Below are positions 25,206-40,028 of a stretch of 64,000 bases of DNA, piece by piece (positions within the stretch are counted from its first letter, which is position 1; each line of letters begins with the position of its first letter). The stretch comes from Octopus vulgaris. Taxonomy: Eukaryota. A program made the translations under genes and the position numbers. The notes under the pieces are model-generated. The model saw nothing but the letters and a program-made list of their open reading frames with translations. It did not search any database and was not told the origin of the DNA. The stretch covers positions 53,320,001 through 53,384,000 of the forward strand of contig OX597814.1 in the NCBI GenBank assembly GCA_951406725.2, written 5' to 3'.

Positions 25206-25438
25206 CAGTGGTTCTTAACCGGGGTCCATATGGTTCTTAGGGGTATGTTGTTAAAATTTATGCAATAACTTGCTTATAATTCAACAATATACAAAATATA
25301 TTTTAAACAATTCCTAATATTCAATTATAAAAATACAGTAGGATTCTTTTTTTATACACATCGATTGATTATGGATGTCCAGTAGAGTAAAATAGGAATC
25401 AGAGGGGTTCATAGTCAAAATATGGTTGAAAACCACTA
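25206..25438. mobile_element. hAT (Charlie-like) MITE
   Basis: TIRs cagtggttcttaacc and ggttgaaaaccacta; near-identical 8-bp flanks atataaaa and ttataaaa. Confidence 0.75.
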
Positions 25439-26376
25439 TTATAAAAGAAACAGAAAAGTTTCGTGAAAGCCTATAACACGATTAACATTAACGTTTACTC
25501 AAGTTCAAAGAAGTGGAATTGTATATTTATTTAGACGCGAGCTATTTTTAATCACTCGTTTATCCCTTATAGTCAGTTAGTTCAACAAATTTCGTTGTTT
25601 AAATATCTATAACTCATTTATATTGAACAAAGATAAATTTTCTGATATACAAGCATCTTATAGCTTGTTCTTGCCTAGAGTTTATTATATTATTCTCTGA
25701 TGTAAAAAATTGGTAAAATGTGTGTGTATGTATACACACACATATACGCACATATATATGTATGTATATATGTAGGTACGTATATGTGTTTATGATATCT
25801 ATCTCCATCCTGTCGTTGTGTGTGTTTGTCTCTCGCTGTCCCTCTTAAATTACACACAGAACGCAGCGTGGTATAGAGAAGTTTAGTCTCAAGACCTACA
25901 TGAGATGTATTCATGATGCAAAGCGACCACCAGTCGAAGAAAATCACTATATAGTGTCGGCGTAAACTGCGATTATTTGCCTGAGAAGGATTACTCTTTT
26001 ACTCTTTTATTTGTTTCAGTCATTTGACTGTTGCCATGCTGGAGCACCGCCATTACTTGTTTAACATAATGTTTTATTTTGATGTTGAATCGGTTGATAA
26101 GAAATCTAAGTCTGTAAAAACGTAAGCAATATATCATTAGTCAAGTTGATCCGATAGTTTTATTTAGCTTTGGATTCTAATGTCCAGGAGGACATTTTCA
26201 TATCAAGATTATCTGCTGATTGTGGACGTAATTCCTAATACTAACAAGAGAACCATAGCATCCAAAATAAAACTCATATCAGCAGTATTAAATAGAATAA
26301 ATAGTAATTGTTTCTAACACAAAGGCACAGAGCAAGAAATGAGGGGAAAGGGGGAAACAGTTGGGTAATAATGACT

Positions 26377-26539
26377 GAAGAAGAAGAAGAAGAAGAAGAA
26401 GAAAAAGAAGAAGAAGAAGAAGAAGAAGAAGAAGAAGAAGAAGAAGAAGAAGAAGAAGAAGAAGAAGAAGAAGAAGAAGAAGAAGAAGAAGAAGAAGAAG
26501 AAGAAGAAGAAGAAGAAGAAGAAGAAGAAGAAGAAGAAG
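26377..26539. repeat. (GAA)n microsatellite, about 54 units
   Basis: Directly visible; source of the poly-Glu ORF. Confidence 0.95.
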
Positions 26540-27038
26540 ACGTGATTTAAATTAAAAAAATTATGATGAACGTATGATAATGGCGCCTCAGAAACTCTGA
26601 CGTATCTGAACTACAGTATTTTCAAGCAAAGTATATGGCCGAGTATTTACGACATTCAACATACAATTCCTGTTGAAACACTCGTAAAAGAAATAAATCA
26701 CTTGTTATACGCGTATATGTTTACCTCATATTATTATAAATTCACTGTACTAAACCAGTATAGCATTAAAGAGTAGCTACGCTAACGATAGATCGGCAGA
26801 TGGATTTGTGCAAATCCGTGTGCAGTATCATAAAACTGACTATGCGATAAACTGTTCAAATGGTGACTGCATCAGCTTGCCATCCAGAAATACCTGCTTA
26901 CACGGTCTGAATCTTGCTTTTACTGCAAATGATTCTTATAAAATAGCTTAAAATGTTCTTCAATCTGTTCAAACTTTTTTAACACTAGGTACTGTATTTT
27001 AATGGTATTTCATTTTATAGTTTACTATCTCCAACCAA

Positions 27039-27095
<57 letters not shown>

Positions 27096-27212
27096 GGAGA
27101 TGGAAGGAGATCGAGATAGAGAGAGAAATAAGGGGGTAGGGAGTGTGAGTGATGATCTCTCAAGCACTGCCTTAGTAAATCTCTTTGACAACATTAGTAT
27201 TTGGTCGAATGT

Positions 27213-27450
27213 TAATTACCTCCGCCTTAGCGATGGCGAGGGTATTGCTTTCAATGGCGTTTGGTTGTTCGTCCGTGGGCAAGATATCTCAAGAACTGCT
27301 GGATGGATTCGGATGAAACTTTCAGGGACGTTTAGCCTCGTGACTGACACGAACTGATTACATTTTGGAATCAATCTAATACCGTACAAGAATTCTGGAT
27401 TATTTTTCCGAATTTTTGAGAGTGGTCAGGTTCATTTTTAGTATTCTCGT
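27213..27450 (+). mobile_element. Non-autonomous Helentron/DINE-like element 5' part
   Basis: ttacctccgcc..ggcgagggtattgctttc..gatatctcaagaactgctggatggattcggatgaaacttt resembles the conserved 5' block of this element type. Confidence 0.55.
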
Positions 27451-30400
27451 TGATATTGTATTTAGTCAATGAATGTTAAAATGGAATCAGCGATTCAAGT
27501 ATCGAACTGCAGGACCGCTTATTCTAGTCCAACTGTTGGAGTTTGCACCATTTCATTTTCTAGATATCTTGATGGCTGCAATCAATGTACCCTATAATTG
27601 TTTGTTGTTGATATACACAGAAAGTTGTACGACTTTTGGCTGTTTATCCAAAGCATGCATGCATCCATGTAAATCACTGCATAACCATCGTTCAAATGCC
27701 ATATTAACGAACTAAGCAGATACCATTTTAAAGTGTATTGTTTAAGATTTTATCAATAAATTATACGATTATTTCTGTCAATTAAATAATTTTGATTTCA
27801 TCTTGAAAACCTTGTGGGCGCAAATCTTTTTCTTTGAGTGAATGTTGTAAAACGTGTGTGCGTGCTCACAAGCATACAGCTTAACGCGATCAATGGTTGC
27901 AATATTCATGTTAGGCAACATCACTCCCTTGTGGGTAAAAGTATATCGCCTACAATAATGGGTAAAACGAAGATATTGACGGGAGACATCAGTCCGAAAT
28001 GAAACGACATATGCAGCATAATAACACTACTAAACAAATACTAAATGCTTTGATAAAATGAAGGTTTTCATTATTTATCCATGCTGCTGTCTATTTGTCT
28101 TTATTCTTGATTACAAATGATTCGGATTGTCCTTTATAGATGCCAGTTGTCAGATGGTCTTGGTCTCCTTTAACCAATTTCTGTATAACTTATAGCAAGC
28201 TCATTGCCATTACTTTGGTTAAATGCTTTACCGATACGTTTTTGAAACGTTTTAGCTGAAATGTTTACGTTCTGTTTATTAAATTTTTCAGATACTTCCG
28301 AATATTTCCGAAAAATGCTTCGTTTGACACAACTCATTCCTTTATCAATCATTACAAAAATATCAGACATTACGAACCTTAAAAAAATATTTTATGAAAA
28401 CTTGCTTAGCATGCAATCACTGAGTACACTAAATGTACTGCTTATCAAACTCCACGATCAACATGTCGAATCAGCTTCCTCTTGTAGTTCTAAAAATATG
28501 TACTCAAAATAGACTTCATTAGCATAAATTTATCAAAACACGGTTAATACTTTGCTATTAACAACGAACAAAACAAATTTTGCGTTGCATGCAGAGGCAG
28601 AGACGGTTAATTATGATGTCAGAGCGAATGTACCCTAAGCTCGCCCGAACGAATTAAATAACAGTTTGTAACAAGAACATACTAAGGAAGACACTTTCAC
28701 GTGATTATATTTTAGATGCGATGCTTCTAAAAACGTGATAACATTTCTGAGGCAATGTTTATAACATTTAAAAGAAAAAAAATACTTGTTGAAGAAATAA
28801 TCAGGTAAATTTAGTCTTAAACTGTTTTCAAAATGAATACAGTCAGTTAATATTTGCCAGTATAAGACAAAATATTTACTGGCATAATCTAAAAATAATC
28901 GTAAAGAGGATAGAAGTAGCGCCTTCGGGATGACATCTGATGACACCATTATAGCATACGGGGACGAGTGTTTTGAAGTAATATAAACAGTTAATGACTT
29001 TAATTAAATACACAATGGTAATGCTTGTTCGGGAGCAATCTTGTAGCAAAAATGTGATATGAATCTTTTCAGCGAGAGCTTTCGTGAATCGAACTTAAGC
29101 AAAAGGAAAATATCTCATTTACTATAGTCGGAGTCGTTACATGTGTGTGTGTGTGTGTGTGCGTGTATGTGTGTAAGAGAGAGAGAGAGAGAGAGAGGAG
29201 GGGGAAGGAGAGAGAAAGAAAAAAAGAAAGAAAGAAAGATAGAATAGATAGGAAACAGGAGAATGATTTGAAGACGAGGAATTCATGAAGTTCATAGAAG
29301 TAGAACGTTCTTAAACATCTACTAATTAATCTAACATGTTCAAAGGGGCAAAACATCACCAAGTCAACAAACAAGCATTTTCTTTCTATAAGTAAATAAT
29401 GTTGTCTATATTTCGTTTTTGGATTTGGTATGCAAGATTCTTTATGTGAATTGGTGCGTTGAGTCATTTCCTTTTGGGACCTTATAATTTAACACACTCA
29501 TCGGTAAAATTTCCACTTATTTTGTCTTTTTATTTTCCTAAAATTTTCGTTACGTCTTGCAACCATTTCAGTAGTCTTGACTCTGTCCGTTATTTACACT
29601 GCGTTCCTTTTTGTTTGTTTGTGCGCATGTATGTGGGTCAGTGTGTGTGTGCCTATTCATGCATGCATGTATGTATGTATATATGTATGTATGTATGCAT
29701 GTATGTATGTATGCATGTGTGTATGTATATATGTGTGTGTATGCATATGTATATATGTATGTATGTGTGTGCATCTGTATGTATCTATTCTGCATATTCA
29801 TGTGTTTGCATGTTCGTGTTTGTGTATTTTTTATGTATGTGTGTGCGTGTGTTTGTATATGTATGCACCTCTGTCTCCTTGCGTGTGAATGTCTGTGTGT
29901 GTGTGTGTTTTGCAACTATGTACCATGCTTGTATGGATGGATGTGCATCTCCATATGTGTGGACATGTGTTCCCATATGTGTCCTTGTATGAATAAAGTG
30001 TGTGTGTGTGTATATGGTCATGTGTTTCAGTCTCAGTCACTACTACAGAGTAAGATCTATTGACAAAGCACTTAACACGTATTGCTTCAGTTCATCTAAC
30101 GTTTATACATACATACATACATACATACATACATACATACATACATACATACATACACACAATACATACATACATTCATACGTACATTAATACATACATA
30201 CATGCATATATGCATGCATACATACATATATACATGCATGTATGCATACATACATGCATACATACATACATATATGCGTGAGTGTATGTGTGTGTGTGAA
30301 TGTGTGTGAATGTATGTGCGTGTGTGTGTGTGTAAATGTCTGAACTTTATTACTAACTTTATAAAAATTCTGGTTAGTGTGTACTTAAGAAGTATTTTTA

Positions 30401-32289
30401 TGTTGGTCAGCATAGTTCATATTTAATAAGAACAAAAAAACAGTTGCTACCTCCCTTTAAATTAAAGTTATAATGTTTCTATTGCTGCCAGAGCAATGAT
30501 ATAAACAATGCAGATCTCATTCTAGCTGATTAATCTCAGAGGTATTATCCCACCAGATCTGATTTCGTATGTTCACCATTTCTGAGTCGATAAACCAATT
30601 AACTGTAAAGCATTAATAAATAAATTAACTAGATGTTTTTTTTCTGACATAATAGTGTGTTTCTTTCCACTAAGATGGAATCAATGACAGAATCATAATC
30701 AGTCCATTGTCCCGAATAAAAACGATAAGATGATCCATGTATTTGGTTTGGCAGATGCTTTCAGTCCTTGATGCATTACCAGAACATTGAATTATTGATC
30801 ATGATTTTATGTCTTACTTAAAGACACTTTAGTTTATTGCTCATAACATTAATATTTCAGATTTTCTTCTTTTTTCTGTATATTTTTCAATTATAAAATT
30901 GAAAAAATCCATTGGGATAAGCATTTAGAACCTGTAATTGATTTCCAGTATTTATTGGTTGGTTAACGCTTAATGGTCTGAAGTGGTGGTTGCAGCAAAT
31001 CGAGTCGATATGATGTCAAGTAACCAGATTAGATGATTCATATCCCGATACCAGCCTTATGCAGAATATGTGACCAGCTGTCGCTGGACCATTATACCTT
31101 AATGTAAACAGAGATAACTTTTAATCTTTTCTTTTACATGATTTCAATAGATGTAGACGGACAGCGCACAAATAATTTTTCAAGATCTCTGTGACTAGCA
31201 GAAGGTACTCGACCTTAGACCAAAACCCTCGCTCGAATGCTTGCAATGAAGTGTACTCAGTCAAAAGCATTGAGAGACCAGGTGATGGTGCTAAATCGGT
31301 TTAAGAATTAAATGTATCATCCAAGAAGTAATGATCTCAAATGCTATTAATACAGTGTTGAGAGATGCATCTCTGCAGCTATGACATCTGAATGATTTTA
31401 AAAATCAATTTCCTTCTTAGACAGAAGGCTAACGTTTATATAGTGAATCTATATAAAAGGGATGAAATATAGGATCGAAATCGGCTGTGTTTAAATCTAG
31501 AAATTATATTATAAATGCCTCACATCCAACACCGGTTGATATTTATAGTCCAGTGTTTTACCGTGTCTGCTTTTTAGAGATAAATATTGATTTGATTCAA
31601 TATTGTGAAAGTAATTCTTTTCTGAAAGATAAATGAGAGGTGCAAAATTACATGCTTCAGAAGTCTTAGTTCAATTCTAAATCATCGTCTTGCATGTTGA
31701 TACGCTGATTTTCTGTATGTGTACAGTTGTCTTTAATAGACAGTAAATAAGAGAACTTGCATGTTGCTGTTAACATAAAAAGGAGGAATTATCTGATCTG
31801 TTCCTTTAGACATTCAGGTCGAAACAAGTAGATAATATTCGATGTTAGAGTGCGTTGATAAATCACGACAGCTACTGAAACAAGAGACGAAACTGTCCTT
31901 TCAAGCTCTTGTTCAATATTTTCTGGTTGTTATAACGACATACTATAAAAGCATCTCGACATTCTGTAATGCATGTAAAAAGTCTCCAAGCTATTAATGG
32001 AATTATTTATGAGAAAGAATGTCTCTGAAGTGTTAGAGTTCTTAAAAAGTATTTTGAACATTAAGTACTGAGTATTGGGTATACCTCCCTAATATAACGT
32101 TTGCAAAACCTTAAAGGAGATCACGTCCTATGGAACTGTTATGGTCAAATTGGCATATGTCTATTCCACAATAGAATCTAGAGGCAGCATTTGTAAGTGA
32201 GGGGTATAAGGAATGTCTAACTTAATTCACTGTAAAACATCAGATGAGGCATTCTGATACTAATTTCCTGGTTTCCAGTTTTTTATTTT

Positions 32290-34165
32290 AAATCCTAACT
32301 AGGCCTAAACTTCATTTCACCCTCGTCATCGAGGGTTGAGTGGAAAATCCCGGAGGGTAGTGACATTTTTACCCTCAACGACTGGCTGAGGATGAAGTTC
32401 GTACTAGTAAGTAGAAGTGCCTTTTTTGTAGTGTTTATATATTTTCCAATGTAAATACTGGCCTACTCTATTGTGGCAATTTTTTATATTCGTTTAGTGT
32501 CAGTACAGGATATCCCGAGACGAGATGGTCTAATGTTTCGTCAAATGTGACGCAGAATCTGCATTTAGGGTCAGAACCATTTTAAAGAATGTTAGCCTGG
32601 TAGTTTTTTGTGAGCAAGCTTTGGTCTTGTGCCACCTATATGAAACCTTCAGTCTCTGCTTTCAGTCCTGAACTTCTCAGCCACTGATGGGTTGTTGCTT
32701 GATCTACATCAACATTTCGACTTCGAAGTATATACTGTCCATGCAGAGGCTTCTGGCTTCACGGCTCTTCAATTTATTTCTGTCCGTTTTTTTTTTTTGC
32801 AGTCTGCTTGATCCATTTTGCTAGTTTTGTGTCAGTGGTTTCAGGTTCTTCAATTATTTTAGGGTTAGTACCAAATTCCCTTGCGAATTTGCAAGCTTCC
32901 TTGACAATTGAATGTGACTTTTTGCTGCTTTCGTAATGGAACACAAGTCGCAGCGTCCAGTCCTCTGTACTGTATAAGTATCTGTTCATTGCTATTGTGG
33001 AGGTCTTACAGTACAGTACTACCTGCATCATTCCTCTTCCCCTATTACTTCTAGGCTAGTACAGTCGATCAACATCTATTTTGGGATAGTGCGTGTTTTT
33101 AAAAGTTAGTATTTTTCTTGCCTTCCTGTCCAGGCGTTGGAGCTCTGTAAGATTCCAGTTAATGATGTTAAAACTATATTGGACTACTGGAAGCGCCAGT
33201 GTGTTAATGGCTTCTATGCGATTTTTAGAGTTGATTTCAGTTTTTAGTATGAGTCTTATTCGCCTTTAATATTCTTTTCTTGATTTTTCCTTCATAGTAG
33301 CATGTTGTATACCATCCCCTTCATTTATCTCCAGATATTTGTAATTGTCTTGTGGGTCAAACTTCTTGATGTTAGCGTCGGTATCTAATTTAATGGAAGC
33401 TGTTTGCCTGAGCTTGCCTCTTACAAAAGTAATGGGGAGAGGGAGTCATTTTGAAAGATGCCACGTTTGATGTTGATGTTGTTAGTTTGACTCATCCCAT
33501 TATTATGGTTTAGAAGGAGACATGTATTCCACTTGGCCATGTTACCTTGTAAGAATCTGGAGATATATATCTCAAGGGCCTTGATTATCCAATTATGTGG
33601 GATACTATCAAACGCTTTCCTGTAGTCTATCCATGCCATACTCAGGTTTTTCTTTTTGCCCGGCAATTCTCTACGATCATTTTACGTATGAGTAATTGAT
33701 CTTTGCCCCCATAATAATTCCCTTTACAGCCTTTTTGAGCTTGTGCAAGAATAGGTCTCTGTTCAAGAATGCGTATATTCTGTCAGTTAATATGGATATG
33801 AGGATCTTGTAGGTGGTGTTGAAACATGTTATTGGTCAGTAGTTCTTGGATTTTTTTTTTTGTGTTCACTTTTTGGTAGAAGGTATGTTGTTCCTTCAGT
33901 CAGCCAAGCAGGTATTTGCTCTGGGTTCTAGATGACATCAGTCAGAGAAGCAGCTAAATTTTGTTCTTCTGTCAGACAATTTAACCAGAAGTTATTAACT
34001 CGGTCCAGTCCCGCAGTTTTCCATTTGCAATACTTCCTAATAACACATATTAGCTCTTCTATTCATATTGCCTTCCATTTCTGCGCTTCAACTTCATTCA
34101 GACTCCCTTTCTCACGCTCTATCCAGTCAGCTTTAGCATTGAATTCTTTTTTGTTGCTCCATATT
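32290..34165 (-). mobile_element. R4/Dong-like non-LTR retrotransposon, RT and zinc-knuckle remnant with internal deletions
   Basis: KKNLSMAWIDYRKAFDSIPHNWIIKAL, RGIFQNDSLSPLL, YKYLEINEGDGIQH, and CRFCVTFDETLDHLVSG..CHNRVGQY. Confidence 0.9.
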
Positions 34166-34461
34166 ATTAAAATAAAGCAGACAGTTGTCAATCATACTGA
34201 ATACTCCACTCAATAAAATTGATAGATTCTGTGAGCTTGTGTTCAAAACATCATTTCATCATTTTGATTATTGAAAATGGAAAACAACATGATATGATAC
34301 AAAGGTATACATGTATGTGTGTGTGCTTGTGTGTGTGTAAGTATGTGTGAGTGTGCATGTGTGAGTATGTGTGTTTATGTATTTAAACACGTATATATAT
34401 GCATATATGTGTGTGTATGTGTGTGTGCGTGTGAGTATGTGTGTTTATGTATTTAAACACG

Positions 34462-34493
<32 letters not shown>

Positions 34494-34759
34494 TATATGT
34501 GTATGTGTGTCGATAGACACGCGTATATACGCATACGCACGCTTACAGACATAAGCATATGTTGCGTGCACACATACACACACACACTCACATATGCATC
34601 TATATGTCTATAAGCGTATGTATTCGTATGTATCTGTGTCTATGGATATACATAGATACACATCTGCATATAGATATATGCACACTCATACACACACATA
34701 CACGCATACACACATACGCACGCGTACATATATATACACGCATACATACGTGTATGTGC

Positions 34760-34793
<34 letters not shown>

Positions 34794-35109
34794 ACATATA
34801 TATAATATGTATACTCATATTTATTCACATAGATAAGCAAACACACACAAAAGGCACATCGAGAGAGAAAAAGAAAAGAATAAAAAGGAGTACAGAAGAG
34901 AGAGGGGGAGAGAGTGTGAAAGAAAGAGAGAGAAAGAATGATTGATAGATAAACAGTTAGAAAGACAGGTTGTTTTAAGTATCATTGCACTGAGAGTGGA
35001 ATAGTGTTTTTAATAATGAAGTCGGGGAATAAAAAGAAACAGAAAGAAAACAAGGAGGGTAGGAATAATATTCATGAAAAATCAATGAACCAAAGAAAAA
35101 AGAGGGAGA

Positions 35110-35150
<41 letters not shown>

Positions 35151-37589
35151 TGAAAGTGAAAGTGAGAGAAAGCAAGAAAAATTGAAAGCAATGCAGGAGA
35201 GAATTTAAAAAGAGAAGAGAAAAACGTAAAGAAAGAAATCAAAGAAAACAAAGCAAGGAGAAAGCATGAAAGACACCATGAGAGAGCTAGAATATTCAGA
35301 ATCCAGTAAATTAATTAATGTAACTTCTCGGAATGAAAGAAGAAAGATTTTGCAGCAGAATGAGAGAAGAAAGAATGAAAGACAAAGTCATAGATGTCGA
35401 AAGGATAAGAGGAAGAATGAAATTAATTTCATAATACTGTAAGAAAATCAAGGAATTAAAATATTAAGATAATAACACGTGATCATTAAATGCTCATCTG
35501 CATTTCTCGAAATAATCCTTGAATATAAAAGCATAATTTATTATCTAATTAATTTAACGTGTTCTGCTTCAGCAATGACCTAGTCGTAATTAATACCCCA
35601 AAAATAAATGACGACCAGAAATAGGGCCACAAAATAAAACAAGAGTACAAAAAGGAGCAGATAGCGACGCTTCGAGCAATTTTTCTTTGTCAAGATTGAT
35701 GGAAGGACAAAAAAATAAGAGAAAATGTTTGGTGCTTGTTGAACAATGATAGATAGAAAGAAAATATAGAAGCATGTTATACAATGCCGGACAGCGTAGA
35801 GTTAGTAATCTTAGTTAAGAAGCGTAGTTTAGAAAATTCATTCAAGCTCCTCATCACATCCCTACACCACACACAAATACATACCGTTAACTGAATTGTG
35901 AAAATATATTGAACTGGAGAAATTTAGGCTGTAGCATGTACAGATACAAGCATGCATGCAGAAATAGAGGCACGAAGGAATGAACCAGCCACTACACGTC
36001 ACTCTACTTGCCAGAAATAACAATCGTGTCTCCCTCAAATTACATCTTACCGTCTTGAATACATTGCACACATATGACAATGTAGACATTGATATACAAG
36101 AAGGAGTAGCCATGGTTAGAACGCTTTTGGACTAGTCTTAGGAAAGACACCAGCGCCTTCCGCATTTTACCGCTTCATAAAACTACTTGCTTTGGCGTGA
36201 AAGCATCTGCGTCACCGCTCGACCTGCTAGAAGTGATAACTTCGCCCTCGGGTTACATCATATCTTGAAAAGTGAATGATACATTAGATAATGTACCTGT
36301 AGATATGCAATACCCGTAAAAAGATCGGATTGGTCATAATAGAAACGGTATTGGTTGTAGATCTGCTCACTCAGAGCAGGCCTGAAGCTGAACAATAACA
36401 GCATATTGAGTCAATGGGTTTTCTTCCTCCCACCACACGTTCTAATTGAAACATATAACGCAGCTCCTGAACTGAGGTAACAGGCACGCACATGCAAGCA
36501 CGCACACATACACACATACATACACACATACATACACATGTATACGCGCATCACACACGCACGTGTACACACATACACACACACACAAACAAACGTGTAT
36601 ATCAATGCATGCGCGCTTGAACGCACGCACACACGATGTGAAAATTAATATTCAAACATATAAGGCTGTTAAGGTCCTGTGTAATTTCGACGTAGGAATT
36701 AATTCTTTGCCTCTTCATGCCACAGATTCTGCAAAAGCAAGTTATTAATTATATTCGTTTCCTTTTTGGTAATATACCAAGAACGCTGGATAGGCAGTAA
36801 TTTCTGGTATGGCTGAATTGTATTTAATATCTAGAATAAACATGTTTTGTCATAACCGCCTACACATCAAAATTAATGCTTAGAAAATTATGTTTCTGTC
36901 ATCAAAAGAGAAATCACCGAGAGAAAATATATTTCCAAAGCAATAATTTTTCATTCCAGTTACTACACTATATTTAATCTGACAAGCTTTCAAAAGCAGC
37001 ACAGCCACCGTTGTGTATTCTTTATATATTCTAAAATCGAAACGTATCGATAGAATTTGTTTACCAAGTATAAATGACTGATCGCGACGTTGCAATCCAT
37101 TTTCTCTATAAAGGATTAATGCTATATATATGGGTTCAATAATTGATTTTATAATTTATACGAGTTTCCTTTATCTAAACATTAATTGATGAAGTTATTA
37201 TATACGTATTACTGGGTAGTTAAGAAATCTGTTTAACAGCGACAGAGTATAGACTTGGGTTGACCAACATTTTGAGAGTTTTGAAAGTAAAATTCTGTAG
37301 ACGGAAACAGTTCGCAAGCGCCTCTCTCTCTCTCTCTCTCTCTCTTTCTCATACACACACATACACGCGCGCGCGCACGCACACGCACACATATAGAAAC
37401 GTACATGCACACGTACACAGACACATATGTATGTGTGTGTATATGTATATATGTATGTCTGTGTGCGTGCGTGCGTGTGTCTTTGAGTGTGTCATAAATA
37501 AAAAATAAACAATGTCAAAGTATTATCATTTCCCTACTGAGGAATATGTAAATAAATAGACCTGGTGTTTTCTTCAAAACCGCAACTCT

Positions 37590-38590
37590 ACCAAGAGAAC
37601 AACCATCCTTCACTTAGACTTAAAACAAGAGTATGTAATATCAGCTATTGATGAGATGAAGATGAACTCAGCAATGGACCCTGATGATTTTCTGGTGATT
37701 AAGCAAGAAAGCACTGGCAAAAAACACTTTTGATAGTTTTCTAGAGAGTCCTGGAATGTTGCAAACTTCCCAAAAGCTTAACATAAAGGAGGAAGCAGAG
37801 ATTCTGAAAATGTCTTATTTTCTAGGCTCATACATTAGCAAAGTCATATAATGTATTGATAAAATGAAGCAGATCACGTTCCTAAAGAAATAATAAATGG
37901 CTTGCTCAGTGACGCGCAGCGCTTCTTCCGTCCAAAAAAGAGCTGGCTCAAACAGTTGCTTCAGGATTATGACTGGATACTGAAACAACGATTTAATCAG
38001 TTAAATGTCGAGTTGTTCACGGAATGATATATCATAAACTACCGAGGTCCCGCAGACAAAGCATTCAATCACTACACTCACTGGAGAGATAGGTTTCAGA
38101 GCATTTGCATCTCTCTGAGGAGACATCAATTCTTAGCGAGAACTGTTCTAGAACTACTACTGTTTGCAATGACATTTTCAGTTGTGCCATTAGTCATACA
38201 ATCAACCATTCTCACCAACTACGCTGACCATACAGAAGAAAGCAATGTGCAGTTCATTACTGAATATTTTCAAGCGCTCCGCTATCACCCATGAACAGAA
38301 TGTAACTAGAATATACAGGACCAGCAGGTATTGTAACTCCAGAGTAACAAACAGTGCGTGAACTGGGAATCCAAAAAAGTTATGATGTACCATTCTGTGT
38401 GCACATTTCGAAATTGATAATGAGCACGTGACTGGTCGTTTGGATTCTGAGATCATTTAGAAAATTGAAAAAAGGAAACCCTGGACTACTGCTTCCAATT
38501 ATGGTCAAACTAACAGTGTTATACAAAGAAGATTGTCCCAGTATAACAGGTGAGGTGTTGGGGGAAGCTAAAAGGGCAGAGGTGCTATTA
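37590..38590 (+). mobile_element. Highly degraded CR1/L2-group LINE RT region
   Basis: ISAIDEMKMNSAMDPDDF, HKGGSR, HISKV, QRFFRPKKSWLKQLLQDYDWIL and LVVWILRSF traces. Confidence 0.6.
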
Positions 38591-38622
38591 CCTAGAGCAA
38601 AATCTTGAAATATATACAATGA

Positions 38623-38720
<98 letters not shown>

Positions 38721-39232
38721 TCTATATATATAAAACTGTAGTTGTGTGAGTGTCTGCCCCTTCGATTTAGATTCCTAACTACTCCCACATTTTGCGGTGC
38801 AGTTAAACCAAATTCGGGTATCTTATAGTCGTGATTCATATCGAGCCCGTCTGAGTATTAGCGCGCGTCTACGATGAGTCTACGATTTTAAAAATAATTT
38901 AACAGCATTTTTTATTCCATTTTAATGCATAATTTTTCGTGTGTCGATGCCGGCGGAGTTGGCGTCCCTGGTCACACCTGCACCTGTTTGCTTCTCCCCC
39001 TTCTTCCCTCCCTCGTGAAGCTGTGGGGAAGGGAGTGTAAGGAAATCAACGTCGTAAAGCGTTGTCAAGGAGACCAGCGTTCTTTTAGAACAACGACTTC
39101 ATGGCTTGAAGACACCAAAACAGAAATGGCTAAGAAAGCCCGAATTGGCATCTATAAGGGAAGTAACTCTCTAAAAATGCTTATATAGTTATTTCCCTTA
39201 CAAACCCGAGCAACGCCGGGCGATACTGCTAG
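38721..39232 (+). mobile_element. Non-autonomous Helitron
   Basis: 5' TC(tatatatataaaa); 3' hairpin cccgagcaacgccggg followed by CTAG; inserted between A and T. Confidence 0.85.
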
Positions 39233-39562
39233 TATGTATATATATATATATATATATATAGGCATGGCTGTTTGATTTTTTTTATTAAAAATAAATAATA
39301 TTGCTTTATATATATATATGATTCACTTCTTTAAGAAAAGGATTCTCAATGTCAACTTCCAGTGTTGACGTAGTAACTGCAAAAAAGCTCCACTCTGAAT
39401 TTTGACGTTTGATTTCAAGTTTTAATTCACTATTTGCAAACAACTACGATAAATTAGTGAAAGAAATATTTACCAAGTTCATAAATTTAAACATTCCGTA
39501 CAAGAACTTTTATTTATACGACTTTTTCATTTCATGTTTATTTCATTCATTCTTCACAATAT

Positions 39563-39652
<90 letters not shown>

Positions 39653-39667
39653 ACACACATACATAGA

Positions 39668-40028
39668 ACTGGTTATGTAGTAAGAAGCTTGCTTCTCATC
39701 CACATGGTTTCGGGTTCAGTACCACTGCGTGGCACTTTGGGAAAGTGTCTTCTACTATAGTCCCAGGCTGACCAAAGCCTTGTGAGTGGATTTGGTAGAC
39801 AGAAACTGAAAGAAGCCAGTCATATATATATATGTATCTGTGAGTGTGTCTGTGTTTTTCCCCATCACCGCTTAACAACCGGTGTTGGTGTGTTACGTTC
39901 TAGTAACTTAGCAGTTCGGCAAATAAGAGACCTATAGAATAAATACTAAGCTTAAAAAATAAGTCCTGAGGTCGATTTGTTTGACTAAAATCCTTTAAGG
40001 CGGTGCTCTAGTATGGCCGCAGACATAT
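39668..40028 (+). mobile_element. SINE family B copy
   Basis: ggttatgtagtaagaagcttgcttc..gggttcagtaccactgcgtggcactttgggaaagtg..aggcggtgctctagtatggccgcag. Confidence 0.85.

Noticed and set aside
26308-26550. Poly-glutamate ORF
   Set aside because: A pure (GAA)n tract following a SINE tail; no coding evidence.
27480-28520. Possible decayed coding sequence on the minus strand
   Set aside because: Many stops, and no motif that I can assign to a family.
30950-31990. Traces resembling an R4 zinc knuckle (CRICDQ..DH) and RT (LLFNIFL)
   Set aside because: Too degraded to delimit or classify by eye.
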